DNA from: Candidatus Latescibacterota bacterium
GTDB taxonomy: Bacteria; Latescibacterota; UBA2968
Reading direction: 5' to 3'
Length of the DNA stretch: 64,000 bases
Assembly (NCBI GenBank): GCA_965232265.1
Contig: CBDDPH010000002.1
Location: 2,008,290 to 2,072,289 of the forward strand
Position 1 is the stretch's first letter. Every line of letters begins with the position of its first letter. A program made the translations under genes and the position numbers. Shown here in pieces: positions 49,474 through 59,581 of this stretch. Below the pieces are notes generated by a model that saw only the letters and a list, made by a program, of their open reading frames with translations, was not told where the DNA came from and ran no database searches.

Positions 49474-50088
49474 TTAAATGTAAATATGCGCCCTGAGTTC
49501 TTGGGCAGGAATAGCACCTTCGCGCAGGAGAATTGCGCGGTCGGTAGAAACATCGACAAGTGTAGAAGGGCGCGCACTGTCAGAAGGCCCACCGTCGAGA
49601 ATGAGATCGAGATGCTCGCCGAGTGCGTTTTCCACCTCACATGCCGAACGCGCCGGAGGCTCTGTAGAGCGATTGGCACTCGTACTCGTGAGAGGTCCGC
49701 CGAGTGCCATGAGCAATCGGGTGGCAATGGGCGAACTCGAATGGCGGAGAGCCACCGTATCGCGTCCGCCGAGCAAGGCGGGTGAAAGATCGGGATTGGC
49801 GCGAAAAACAAGGGTAAGCGGCCCCGGCCAAAAAGCATCAATGAGTATTTGAGCAGTCGGAGAGACAGCGCGAACAAGCCTTGAAAGATCATCTACACCG
49901 CGAATCAAGAGAATGATCCCCTTGTCCTCCGCGCGCCCTTTGGCAATAAAAATTTTCTGAATAGCCTCAGCGTTGTGGGGATCTGCCCCCAGGCCATACA
50001 CAGTCTCGGTCGGATAGGCAATCAGGCCGCCGTTTTTAATCATATCGGCAGCCTGATTGATGTTTTGAGGCGTTGGCAGTGCGATCAT
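49474..50088 (-). CDS. tsaC: L-threonylcarbamoyladenylate synthase (YrdC/TsaC)
   Basis: YRDC-domain motifs: GGLIAYPTETVYGLG and the KGR loop. Confidence 0.8.
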   Translation of the reverse strand: MIALPTPQNINQAADMIKNGGLIAYPTETVYGLGADPHNAEAIQKIFIAKGRAEDKGIILLIRGVDDLSRLVRAVSPTAQILIDAFWPGPLTLVFRANPDLSPALLGGRDTVALRHSSSPIATRLLMALGGPLTSTSANRSTEPPARSACEVENALGEHLDLILDGGPSDSARPSTLVDVSTDRAILLREGAIPAQELRAHIYI

Positions 50089-50265
50089 AGTTAAAGATTT
50101 TTTTTACGGATCAAAACCTTCTGGATTGCGGCTAAAATCCTGCCGCAATGACGACGACTACGCCTATCGTCACGCCTGCAGGCTCTAAGCAGGCGTCCAG
50201 TAAATTCAGGCAAGAAACTTATTTGAAAGATGAATAATTATCTACCTGCTGTTGCATTCCACCTC

Positions 50266-53200
50266 TCACTTCATCCTTCTCACCTCATAAACTTTGACAA
50301 AACGCAAAAAATCGCCAAATCCAACCCGACCATCGGCATCGAGATCAAAGCGCGAGTCGGCAGAGCCAAACGCATTGACAAAAATCAAAAAGTCGCTGAA
50401 CTCGAGCCGACCATCGGCATTGAAATCGCAGGATTTTGTAAGCGGCGCAGCAAGGGATTGTTCGGTGATGTGGATAACGCGATTGACCGACAAATCGTCG
50501 GTCTCATGCTGGACAATGCCACTGGGCCAGCGCAGAGTGAGCATCTCGACCTGTTCGGCTCTGCCCACACCAAATATGGGCACGAGCGCGTCTTGCGACA
50601 AAAAGGACGCGCCGCCTGTGATTTCTCGAATGGCGCGGCGGTTATTGCCATCTCTGTCTTTGAACGCAATTTCGAGGCGCGTACCAATCGCATCGGGGCT
50701 GCTTTCTGTGCCGCGAAGCCGGATAGCGAGCCAGTTGCCATTGGCCTCGCGGTTGCGAAAAAGGGCGTCCGGGCCATTTTGCACGGCGACATAAAAATCG
50801 AGTCTCCCATCGCCATCGTAATCGGCAAGGGCAACGCCGCGGCTGTCCGAATTCAGGGCAACGCCCAAAGAATCGGATATGTCGGTGAAATGCCCATCCT
50901 CATTTTTGTAATACAAATTGGGCTGGCCTCTGTTGGTGACATAGAGATCGAGATCGCCATCGTTGTCAAAATCACCCCATACCGCGCCTCGGCTTTGTCC
51001 ATCGTGGGCGAGGCCCAACTCCGTCGCGCGATCTCTGAACGCGCCATTGCCTTCGTTTGTATAGAACCTGTTATTCGCGCCAAAATAGGGGATAAACAGA
51101 TCGAGATCGCCATCGTTGTCAAAATCACCCCACGCCGCGCCAAAACTCGGTCCTTCATCGATGGGATTAAAAATATCTTCTATGGACGCGAAGCGCGCGC
51201 CATCATTGCGAAAGAGACGGTTGGGTCCGCTATTTGCCAAAAACAGATCGAGATCGCCATCGTTGTCAAAATCACCCCAGGCGGGTTGAATCCCACTTTC
51301 CGTATCCCTCAGCCCCAGGCTATCGGCCAGTTCGGAAAAACGGTTGCCATTATTCTGGTAAAAGCGATTCGCGCCAAAATTGGCAACGTAGAGATCGAGA
51401 TCGCCATCGCGGTCGTAATCGCCCCACGCCGCGCCATACCCATCGCCGGAATCGTCAACACCCATCGCCGGTGCCACATCTGTAAAGCCAGCCCCGTCAT
51501 TGCGATATAACCGGTTCGGCTCGCCAAAATTGGTGACGTAGAGATCGAGATCGCCATCGCGGTCGTAATCGCCCCAGACGCCCGCGCTACCATCGCCGGA
51601 ATCGTCAACACCCATCGCCGGTGCCACATCTGTAAAGCCAGCCCCGTCATTGCGATATAACCGGTTCGGCTCTCTGCTACGCACGAGGTAGAGATCGGGA
51701 TCATTGTCATTGTCAAAATCTGCCCACGCTGCGCCAAATCCCGCGCCCGTATCGCCCAAACCCGCGTTGAGGGCCTCATCGACAAACCCGCCGGGTTGGG
51801 CACTTTCCCCAATACCCTGCAAGATGAGTGTGGACGTGGGGTTTGCCAACGCGTTGCTGTAAATGGTGAGCGTGGCTTCGTGCTGCCCCTCGGCTTGCGG
51901 GCGAAATGCGATGGAAAGCTGCTGGCTTTGTCCCGCGTCAATCCGCAAGGTATCGGTTTGCTCCACCACAAATTGCGAGTCGTTCGTCGTGGCATTGGAA
52001 ACGATCAGCACACCCTCGCCGAGGTTGTCAATGCGAACCGACAATATTTGAGACCGCCCGGTGAGTGTGGGATCGAAAATTAAGACATCGGTCGGAAAAA
52101 GTCCGATATCCGGCTCAGCCCCCAGACCTTGCACAGCGACAGCGACGGAAGGCGTGCGCGGATCGTCGGTGGTGAGGGTGATACGCCCCCCGACAGCCCC
52201 CCGTTGCGCGGGATCAAACACAATTTCAATGTCGGCGATTTGGGCAATGCCGATTTCGAGGGGCAATGCCGATAAAATGCGAAACGCGGAGGTATCGGAA
52301 ATCGCTGTCTCAACGCGAACGGGCACATTGCCCCGATTTTCAACGCGCAAACGCCGCACAGCGGGATCGCCAAAGCTGACCTCGCCAAAGTCGATATTCT
52401 TGGAGAGAACGTTGAACAAGGGCATGCGGAACGCGGGATCGCGCAATTTGCGGATGCGATTGTTGGCGGCGTCGATAAAAATGAGATCCCCATTGCCATC
52501 AACCAGCAAATGTGTGGGCTGCGCCAGGTCAGACAGAAGACCGAGTGTATCTTCAGGACCCGCGCCCGCAATACCCGTTCCCGCGATAGTCAATACATTG
52601 CCCGTTTCCGCTTCGACCACGCGAATGCGATTATTGCCCGTATCGCCAATATAGACATTGCCGGATTCATCGACCGCAACGCCCAAAGGATTAAAAAATA
52701 GAGCACTTATCGCTGCACCACCATCGCCCTTGTAGAGATCTTCTGACTGATCTTCCGCAGAAGTCGCCGCCCGTCCAGCTACGGTATTGATCACGACAAC
52801 AACAGTCGCATCTTGCGTTGCCCTGCTAATCCGGCGAATGCGCCCATTTTTAAAATCCGCAATCAAAAGATCGCCATTACCCGTCACAGCCAATTGCCCA
52901 GGCGTCAAACCCGCCCGAGTCGCCAGCCCGCCATCCTGAATACTCGACGCCTGAGCACTGCCATTGCCCGCGATTGTACCAATGGTATTATTCGCCAGAT
53001 TAAATTGCCGCACGCGGTTGTTGCCCTGTCCATTCTCGCCATCGGAAATTAAAAGAGCGACATCGCCCAACATCGTCAGCGCGACAATCTCGTGGAACGT
53101 AGCTTGTAGCGCGGGTACCAGATCATTGAAACCACCTTCGCCCGTACCCGCAACCGTCGTAATAATACCGGAAGGATCGATACGCCGAATGCGCCGATTG

Positions 53201-53592
53201 AGAACCTCACTTTCACTTGCGCCACCGCTGCTGATATAAATATTGCCCGCGCCATCGACCGCAATGGCATTGGGCGTATTGAGCAAGGCACTCGTCGCCG
53301 GCCCGCCATCGCCCGAGAATCCCGGTTCCCCAGTACCCGCGACCGTCGTGATAATACCCGTTATCGCATCCACCCGCCGAATGCGGTGATTATCCGTATC
53401 CGCGATATAGAGATTACCCCGTGTATCGAGCGCGATTCCGAGCGGACGATTGAGCGCGACATCTGTCGCCAACACATTATCGCCATCTTCCGACCCACCA
53501 CCGGCAATCGTGACAATCGCACCGCGTGACTGAGCAAAAACACCTGCTCCCGAGATCAGGAGACTAGACAAAAATATAAAAATATATCGCAT
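50266..53592 (-). CDS. secreted FG-GAP/ASPIC-UnbV (CRTAC1-like) repeat protein with C-terminal dockerin-like module
   Basis: Signal peptide MRYIFIFLSSLLISGAGVFA (start at 53592, not the ORF-track 53862). NHL/SBBP-like N-terminal repeats, then eight or more FG-GAP repeats (WGDFDNDGDLDL), then C-terminal DFNADGRLEFSDFLIFVNAFG...DLDADGRVGFGDFLRFV. Confidence 0.7.
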   Translation of the reverse strand: MRYIFIFLSSLLISGAGVFAQSRGAIVTIAGGGSEDGDNVLATDVALNRPLGIALDTRGNLYIADTDNHRIRRVDAITGIITTVAGTGEPGFSGDGGPATSALLNTPNAIAVDGAGNIYISSGGASESEVLNRRIRRIDPSGIITTVAGTGEGGFNDLVPALQATFHEIVALTMLGDVALLISDGENGQGNNRVRQFNLANNTIGTIAGNGSAQASSIQDGGLATRAGLTPGQLAVTGNGDLLIADFKNGRIRRISRATQDATVVVVINTVAGRAATSAEDQSEDLYKGDGGAAISALFFNPLGVAVDESGNVYIGDTGNNRIRVVEAETGNVLTIAGTGIAGAGPEDTLGLLSDLAQPTHLLVDGNGDLIFIDAANNRIRKLRDPAFRMPLFNVLSKNIDFGEVSFGDPAVRRLRVENRGNVPVRVETAISDTSAFRILSALPLEIGIAQIADIEIVFDPAQRGAVGGRITLTTDDPRTPSVAVAVQGLGAEPDIGLFPTDVLIFDPTLTGRSQILSVRIDNLGEGVLIVSNATTNDSQFVVEQTDTLRIDAGQSQQLSIAFRPQAEGQHEATLTIYSNALANPTSTLILQGIGESAQPGGFVDEALNAGLGDTGAGFGAAWADFDNDNDPDLYLVRSREPNRLYRNDGAGFTDVAPAMGVDDSGDGSAGVWGDYDRDGDLDLYVTNFGEPNRLYRNDGAGFTDVAPAMGVDDSGDGYGAAWGDYDRDGDLDLYVANFGANRFYQNNGNRFSELADSLGLRDTESGIQPAWGDFDNDGDLDLFLANSGPNRLFRNDGARFASIEDIFNPIDEGPSFGAAWGDFDNDGDLDLFIPYFGANNRFYTNEGNGAFRDRATELGLAHDGQSRGAVWGDFDNDGDLDLYVTNRGQPNLYYKNEDGHFTDISDSLGVALNSDSRGVALADYDGDGRLDFYVAVQNGPDALFRNREANGNWLAIRLRGTESSPDAIGTRLEIAFKDRDGNNRRAIREITGGASFLSQDALVPIFGVGRAEQVEMLTLRWPSGIVQHETDDLSVNRVIHITEQSLAAPLTKSCDFNADGRLEFSDFLIFVNAFGSADSRFDLDADGRVGFGDFLRFVKVYEVRRMK
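51442..51741. repeat. 150-bp intragenic tandem duplication (2 units) within the FG-GAP gene
   Basis: An 81-nt block ATCGCCGGAATCGTCAACACCCATCGCCGGTGCCACATCTGTAAAGCCAGCCCCGTCATTGCGATATAACCGGTTCGGCTC is identical at 51442 and 51592. Confidence 0.8.
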
Positions 53593-53629
53593 GGTAAAAT
53601 TATAGGACGGAATACTACTACCGATCTTC

Positions 53630-54673
53630 TCACTTCTCACTTCCCAAATAGAGATCTCTCCCTTGTGCGAGGGCTGCGATTTTGCGGTCTGCCACCGAGC
53701 GTTTGAGCATCCAGAACCCGCAATCGGGATGAATAAACGCGATGCGTCCCGAGCCGAGTTCTTTTTCAGCCCGGTCGAGGCGTCGGGCAATCTGTTCGGC
53801 AGTTTCAACATGGTTAATTTTGATGTCAACCACGCCGATGCCCAGTTTGATGCGCGGATCAATTTCTTTCAGAGCAACCAGATCATCATCCGGGCGATGG
53901 GCCAGTTCGAGAACGAGATGATCGGTGTGCAAGTTGTTGAGAAAATCGATAAGCACGCGCCATGTGCCGCGTTGGATGGTTTGCCCACCGTAATTTCCAA
54001 AACAAAAGTGAACCGCTCTTTCGGTATCGGAATCAACCGCGTCGAGCACCCTATTGATCGCCTTCGCTGCGATAGGCCCGTCCTCGGGATTACCCGGAAT
54101 ATTGGCTTCATCGACCTGCACACAGGCGCATGGCAGGCCGCGCACCTGATCGGCCAACACATCGGCCACCCCCATGAGCAGGGCTTCAAAATCTCCGTAG
54201 TAATTGTCGAGTAAGGTGCGGGCGAGCATATAGGGGCTGGTAAGCGTAAATTTAAAATCCCCCCCTGCAACGCTTGCCGCGCGCAAACAGTCGGATAACA
54301 GGTCGAGTGACCCCTCTGAAAGCGCGTCATCGACAACAGCGGCGGGTTTGGCGCGAAAGTCCATAGATTGCTGCTGGCGAAATGTCTCGACCTCAGTACG
54401 CCCAAAATCGGCGCGTGTACCGCCCATTGGGCGCACAAAATATTCGATCATGCCATTGGTCTCGGGATGATTGATATCAAATCGGTAGAGTTCGCCATCG
54501 GTAGGCAGATCAATCCCAGCTTGACGCTGCGTATCAAAAATAACCCGCGTAGCATCGACAACGGCGGTTTCACTCGGTGCTGCTACGAGCCAGTCGGGCA
54601 GCGGATAAGACCCCACTGTGGTGGTGAGAATTGTATTCGGGTGTTCAGGCATGGAAATACCTCGCTTACTCAC
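53630..54673 (-). CDS. cobalamin-independent methionine synthase (MetE) C-terminal-domain-like protein
   Basis: UROD/MetE-like fold; conserved IHPDCG and Zn-binding pattern. Confidence 0.55.
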   Translation of the reverse strand: MSKRGISMPEHPNTILTTTVGSYPLPDWLVAAPSETAVVDATRVIFDTQRQAGIDLPTDGELYRFDINHPETNGMIEYFVRPMGGTRADFGRTEVETFRQQQSMDFRAKPAAVVDDALSEGSLDLLSDCLRAASVAGGDFKFTLTSPYMLARTLLDNYYGDFEALLMGVADVLADQVRGLPCACVQVDEANIPGNPEDGPIAAKAINRVLDAVDSDTERAVHFCFGNYGGQTIQRGTWRVLIDFLNNLHTDHLVLELAHRPDDDLVALKEIDPRIKLGIGVVDIKINHVETAEQIARRLDRAEKELGSGRIAFIHPDCGFWMLKRSVADRKIAALAQGRDLYLGSEK

Positions 54674-55860
54674 AATTCATCTGATATGGCATCGAGTTTG
54701 GCTCGATTCTCCGGGGTGAGACGCCCCAGAGCTTCAAACACAAAGGCAAACAAGCAACTCAATATCAGGCTAAGTCCCCCCGCAATGGCGACCATCAAGC
54801 TGCGGCGCGGATAGCTGCGCGTGTCAGGTGGTCGCGCATCATCCAGGACCGTGACAGTGTGCGTGCCTTTTTCATCTTCAAACCGCGTTTTCTCGTACTC
54901 TTGTTTGACAAACTGATAGATGGCATTCTGTATTTGAATATCGCGGATGAGGGGTAGCGCGGCCAGGCCCAATTCGGGCAATTGTCGAAAGGGCTTGAAA
55001 ATCTCTGGCAATTGTCCACCCGAATCGCTACGACTGTGCAGGCTATCGGGAAATTCGCCCATAAGCAAATCGTCGAGCACCTCGCGCGTCTTTTGGATTT
55101 CGAGATCGAGTTTTTTGCGTTCGGGATTGTCTGCGGTCATCTGTAGCGACAGCACATCGCGTTTGACAATGAGTTCCGCCAGCGAGCCGATGGGACCGGA
55201 AGCGATTTCCAACTGCGTCTGCGCCTGCGTTTCAACATCTATGATCATGTGCTCGTTCTGGAAATCCCGATAGCGTCTCTCGGCTTCGAGCACATCCTGT
55301 TCGGCTTCTTTGAGTCGCTCTGTGAGATAGGCCAGATAGGGGCGCGTTTTGTTCTGGCTGCGTTGCTCAAGCGCGTTTTTGAGTTCTTCAACAAACGCAT
55401 TGGTCACTTCTGCCGCCAGTTCTCGGGAGTCGGCTTCGTAGGAAATCGTGAGAAATTGCTCGCGAGAGAGATCAACTTGCAGGCGATTGGCGATCATGTC
55501 CAGCAATTCGCTCTGATTATTAGCACCATACCGCACAGCGAGATCAAACCGCTCTGCAACAGATAGGCGCACGCTCTCGCTTTCAACGACCGGAACAAAT
55601 TCTGTGGCAGATACGGCCTCGCCGCCCAGCCCCATCAAATTGAGGGGCAGTTCTTGCAACAGAGTCGATAGCCCTCCGAGACTGCCGCCGGCATCTTGCG
55701 GTGGATAAACTGTGGCATACGCGCGGTAGGCTTTGGGCAAGATGAGCGAAATGCCCGCCGTGACCAGCGTAACCGCAAAAAAGCATAAGAGAATCATGCG
55801 CCGCCAGCGCACGAGAACATAAATGTGATCGAGAATATTGCGTTCAGATTCCATAGTCAT
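54670..55860 (-). CDS. polysaccharide chain-length determinant (Wzz/GumC family, PCP)
   Basis: N- and C-terminal TM helices flank a coiled-coil periplasmic domain. Adjacent to the Wza-like gene. Confidence 0.65.
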   Translation of the reverse strand: MTMESERNILDHIYVLVRWRRMILLCFFAVTLVTAGISLILPKAYRAYATVYPPQDAGGSLGGLSTLLQELPLNLMGLGGEAVSATEFVPVVESESVRLSVAERFDLAVRYGANNQSELLDMIANRLQVDLSREQFLTISYEADSRELAAEVTNAFVEELKNALEQRSQNKTRPYLAYLTERLKEAEQDVLEAERRYRDFQNEHMIIDVETQAQTQLEIASGPIGSLAELIVKRDVLSLQMTADNPERKKLDLEIQKTREVLDDLLMGEFPDSLHSRSDSGGQLPEIFKPFRQLPELGLAALPLIRDIQIQNAIYQFVKQEYEKTRFEDEKGTHTVTVLDDARPPDTRSYPRRSLMVAIAGGLSLILSCLFAFVFEALGRLTPENRAKLDAISDEL

Positions 55861-57569
55861 TGCCGGAGTATCACCATAATAGTTAGAACAACCGATGCAA
55901 CAGCACCCACCATAGCAATAGTTTCTCTCAAAATGCGGTAGCTCTGCCCGGGCTCTCGTGGAGGAACAAAAATCGCATCGCCGGGGCGCACGAGCGATTC
56001 TGCGGTGGCATCTATGGCATTGCCCGTATTGCCCTCAACGATGATGATATCTTTCCGTTTTGCGCGCGTATTAAAACCGCCAGCGAGGTCAATATAATCC
56101 CCTACCTTAAGAGCTGCGTCGTAGGGGATATTCACCGGTGCAATGACGGCACCTGTCACGCGCACGGAAGGTACAAATCGGGGGATGCGAACGACATCGC
56201 CATCTTGCAGGAGGATATTGTGCCGCTCGTTGCCGGCGATGAGCGCAGCAAAATCAATGGGCAAACGCCCGGACAACTGCTCGGTCTTAAGGGTGATGAG
56301 GGCTTCTTCGGCATCTGTGCGCTGCGTGCGGGGAATGCCGAGCAATCGGTTGAGCGCGGGATCGTCTTCGATGGTCTGTTCTTCAAAATTGACTTTGCGA
56401 ATTAGAGACGCCTGAACGATAGATGCTTCGGGGGTGAGTTCGGCATGGCCCAACAAGTCTTTGAGGCGAAGCCCCTCTGTTAAGAGAAAAGGACCGGGGA
56501 ATTTTACCTCGCCTTCTACATACACCCACTTTGTCTCGCCGATAACATAGAGTTTGTCACCCGCCTGCAAAGGGAGATTCGCCTCCGGATCACCTGCAAG
56601 CGCACGGGAAAGATCGATGGTTACGGGTATCGACTCGCCATCGTCCAACAGGCGCGAAAGATGGGCGCGTTGGGGTGGGTCATGGGCACGCAGACCATTG
56701 CTCAAAACAATGAGGTCGGCAATGCGGTCTCCGGGCGCAAATTCATAACTGCCGGGGCGTTGTACTGCGCCTGTGATGTGGATGGAATCGCTGTGGGCAA
56801 TGGGCACAAAAATTTGTTCGCCATCGAGCAGGAAGGGGTTGTACTCTGCTTTGCCCGTGCGGTTCCACAACTCGAGATCAATCCTGCGCCCCGTGTTGTG
56901 CCATTGTCCATTTTCGAGGCGCATAATCTGGATATTGCGGCTGGAGCCTTTGCGGTTAAAATCATCGATAAGGCCTCCGGCCTTGATGATGAGTTGCGAT
57001 GCCTGTTCGACACCGTCAACGTCAACGGATCCAGGCATATTTACTTCGCCAACCACATTGATGGGAAATGTGCGAAGGCGCGCGAGGCTGATGGAGATAT
57101 CGAGTTGATGAAAGCGTTTTTCAATCGCCGCCTGGATGGCTTCGTTGGCGTCTGCAAGCGATAAAAACGCAACGGAAATGGGGCCGATAGACGGTAAGGG
57201 CAAGCTACCCCCCGCGCCGACGGGGACTTCAAAGGTTTTGATTTCTTCATCTCTATTGAGCACAACGGCAAAAACATCGCCCGGCCCGATAATATAGCGA
57301 CCCGACCGAATAACCGCGTCGTAGGCCGCTTTGCCAATGCTTTTGATTTCAACCGGTTGCGCGGTTTCTTGTTCTGTTTCCTGGGTATCAGATGTGGTAA
57401 AGGGCCTGGGGGATTGGCGTTCGGATTTTTCGTCGGCTTGACGTGTGGTGCGGCGAGATTGCGCGTGTACAGCAAAAGGGTAAAACGCAAAGTCAAAAAT
57501 GAGCAAACTCACGAGCACAACATAAAAAAGACGCATATAGCGTCCCGGATATGCCATAGAGATGATCAT
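55857..57569 (-). CDS. polysaccharide export protein (Wza-like, SLBB domains)
   Basis: Signal peptide MRLFYVVLVSLLIF, Poly_export domain, then repeated soluble-ligand-binding beta-grasp segments. The start overlaps the thrB stop (ATGA). Confidence 0.65.
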   Translation of the reverse strand: MIISMAYPGRYMRLFYVVLVSLLIFDFAFYPFAVHAQSRRTTRQADEKSERQSPRPFTTSDTQETEQETAQPVEIKSIGKAAYDAVIRSGRYIIGPGDVFAVVLNRDEEIKTFEVPVGAGGSLPLPSIGPISVAFLSLADANEAIQAAIEKRFHQLDISISLARLRTFPINVVGEVNMPGSVDVDGVEQASQLIIKAGGLIDDFNRKGSSRNIQIMRLENGQWHNTGRRIDLELWNRTGKAEYNPFLLDGEQIFVPIAHSDSIHITGAVQRPGSYEFAPGDRIADLIVLSNGLRAHDPPQRAHLSRLLDDGESIPVTIDLSRALAGDPEANLPLQAGDKLYVIGETKWVYVEGEVKFPGPFLLTEGLRLKDLLGHAELTPEASIVQASLIRKVNFEEQTIEDDPALNRLLGIPRTQRTDAEEALITLKTEQLSGRLPIDFAALIAGNERHNILLQDGDVVRIPRFVPSVRVTGAVIAPVNIPYDAALKVGDYIDLAGGFNTRAKRKDIIIVEGNTGNAIDATAESLVRPGDAIFVPPREPGQSYRILRETIAMVGAVASVVLTIMVILRQ

Positions 57570-58465
57570 GTGATGGTGGCTCCCAATGGATCAACTTCGA
57601 GGACCTGATAATGCGCCCTTATATTTTTTTCTTTCCAAATATCGATCATGGCCTGTCCAATCACGTCGGCATTTTGGGTAGTAAGCGCGATGAGAGTCGG
57701 CCCCGCCCCCGAAAGCGCGGCCCCCCATGCCCCTGCGTTGACCGCTGCTGCGAGTATCTCATCAAAGCCCGGAATGAGTTTTGCCCGATAGGGATGGTGC
57801 AAGCGGTCTTGCATGCCAACGGCGAGATGCTCAAAATTTCCCGTAATCAGCGCTGCCGTAACAATGCACGCTCGGCTGGTACTGAAAACAGCATCACTGT
57901 GGGAAATGGTCTTGGGCAAAACATTGCGGGCATGTTCGGTTTTGAGTTCAAATTCGGGAATAGCGACCACGGCCTGTAGTTCTTTCGGCGGCAGAGCACG
58001 CACGCACACAACGCGATTGCCATCCACAGTAGAAGTCGTAAGACCGCCGAGCAAGCAAGGCGAGACATTGTCGGGATGCCCTTCAATCGCCGTGGCAATA
58101 TCGAGCATCTCCCCCGGAGAGAAGGGTTCGCATAAGAGGTGATTGGCTGCTACAACACCGCCAACAATAGCCGTTGAACTGCTGCCCAATCCCCGGGCAA
58201 GGGGCACGTTGTTGTACTGGTGGACAGTCATTCCGGGCAGTGCTTGGCCTGCGCGTTGGGCAGTAAATTGCGCGGCGCGATAGAAGAGATTTTCCTCATC
58301 AGCGGACAAAATATCCGCACCTTCACCCCCAATGCTAAACGACACGCCGAGTTGAGAATGGGTTCTTATCCCAATATAATTGTAAATAGACAGTGCCAGA
58401 CCCAGTGCATCATAACCGGGACCGAGATTGGCGGTAGAACCGGGCAAACGGACGCGAAATTCCAT
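57566..58465 (-). CDS. thrB: homoserine kinase
   Basis: GHMP kinase motif PGSTANLGPGYDALG. Confidence 0.8.
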   Translation of the reverse strand: MEFRVRLPGSTANLGPGYDALGLALSIYNYIGIRTHSQLGVSFSIGGEGADILSADEENLFYRAAQFTAQRAGQALPGMTVHQYNNVPLARGLGSSSTAIVGGVVAANHLLCEPFSPGEMLDIATAIEGHPDNVSPCLLGGLTTSTVDGNRVVCVRALPPKELQAVVAIPEFELKTEHARNVLPKTISHSDAVFSTSRACIVTAALITGNFEHLAVGMQDRLHHPYRAKLIPGFDEILAAAVNAGAWGAALSGAGPTLIALTTQNADVIGQAMIDIWKEKNIRAHYQVLEVDPLGATIT

Positions 58466-59575
58466 TTATAATTCTCTAACGAGTTCGGTGCATACCAGAT
58501 CGGCGAACAGGAGTCCCCGTCGCGTCAGGCGGATGCGGTTGTCAATGTGTTCCAGCAAATGCTGGTTTGCCATCGCAATATACTGTTTGTGGATCTTTGG
58601 ATGGCTCAAAAAATCTGCGCGAAGCCCCCTGCGCTGGCGCAATCCAAGCATAACGCGCTCCAGCAGATGTTGCGTCGGCGTAAGCTGTTCTTCTCTTTCC
58701 ACTGCACATCCGGTTTCTTCAATCCGCTGCATATAAGTTGTGAGATCGCGCACATTCCAGAATCGACGCTTGTCGAGATACGAATGCGCTGATAAACCAA
58801 CGCCCAGATAGGGGCGATCATGCCAGTAGTTGAGATTGTGACGCGACGCAAATCCCGGTCGGGCAAAATTGGAAATTTCGTAATGTGTGTACCCCGCAGC
58901 CTCGAGTTGGTCGATAGCATACATATACATCTCGGCCTGGTCGGTTTCAGGCGGCACATCCAATTGCCCCTTTTGAAAGCGGCGCGCAAAATTGGTCTGA
59001 GGCTCAATCGTGAGTCCATACACCGAGATATGTTCGGGACACAGTTCAATAGCTCGCTGAAGGCTCTTTGCCCATTCTTCAGGCGTCTGCCCCGGCGCGC
59101 CGTACATAAGGTCGATACTTATGTTCTCAAACCCCACATCGCGGGCGGCACGAAACGCGCCTATCGCATCCGATGCCGTGTGAAATCTCCCCAGTGCTTT
59201 GAGTGCGCGATCTGTAAATGCCTGCACACCCAGACTCAAGCGATTGATGCCGTGTTCATATAATTTTTCAAAGTGCTTGCGATCATTTGGATTGGCCTCT
59301 GCCGTAATCTCTGCATCGGGAGCGATCGCGCTTTTTACACTTGCCATGATCCGATTCAATTGTCCAGGCGGTATTGCCGAAGGCGTACCGCCCCCAAAGT
59401 ACAGCGTATTGAACACGGGCGGCATTTCAAGAGATTGCAGTCGGTTTTGCATCTCGACAATCACCGCATCCGTATAGCGTTTCGCCAGGTGATTTTTGCC
59501 CACGACAAATGCAAAATCGCAATACGGACAGCGCGAGTGACAAAATGGAATGTGAATGTAAAGGCCGAGATGCAT
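58466..59575 (-). CDS. hemW: radical SAM heme chaperone / oxygen-independent coproporphyrinogen-III oxidase-like
   Basis: CxxxCxxC radical SAM motif IPFCHSRCPYCDF plus HemN C-domain. Confidence 0.8.
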   Translation of the reverse strand: MHLGLYIHIPFCHSRCPYCDFAFVVGKNHLAKRYTDAVIVEMQNRLQSLEMPPVFNTLYFGGGTPSAIPPGQLNRIMASVKSAIAPDAEITAEANPNDRKHFEKLYEHGINRLSLGVQAFTDRALKALGRFHTASDAIGAFRAARDVGFENISIDLMYGAPGQTPEEWAKSLQRAIELCPEHISVYGLTIEPQTNFARRFQKGQLDVPPETDQAEMYMYAIDQLEAAGYTHYEISNFARPGFASRHNLNYWHDRPYLGVGLSAHSYLDKRRFWNVRDLTTYMQRIEETGCAVEREEQLTPTQHLLERVMLGLRQRRGLRADFLSHPKIHKQYIAMANQHLLEHIDNRIRLTRRGLLFADLVCTELVREL

Positions 59576-59581
59576 GACGTT

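Noticed and set aside
50230-51510. 426-aa plus-strand ORF with repeated IEIAIVVKITP segments
   Set aside because: Antisense to the FG-GAP gene. Its periodicity merely mirrors the FG-GAP repeat DNA. The secreted FG-GAP reading on the minus strand has a signal peptide and coherent domain structure.
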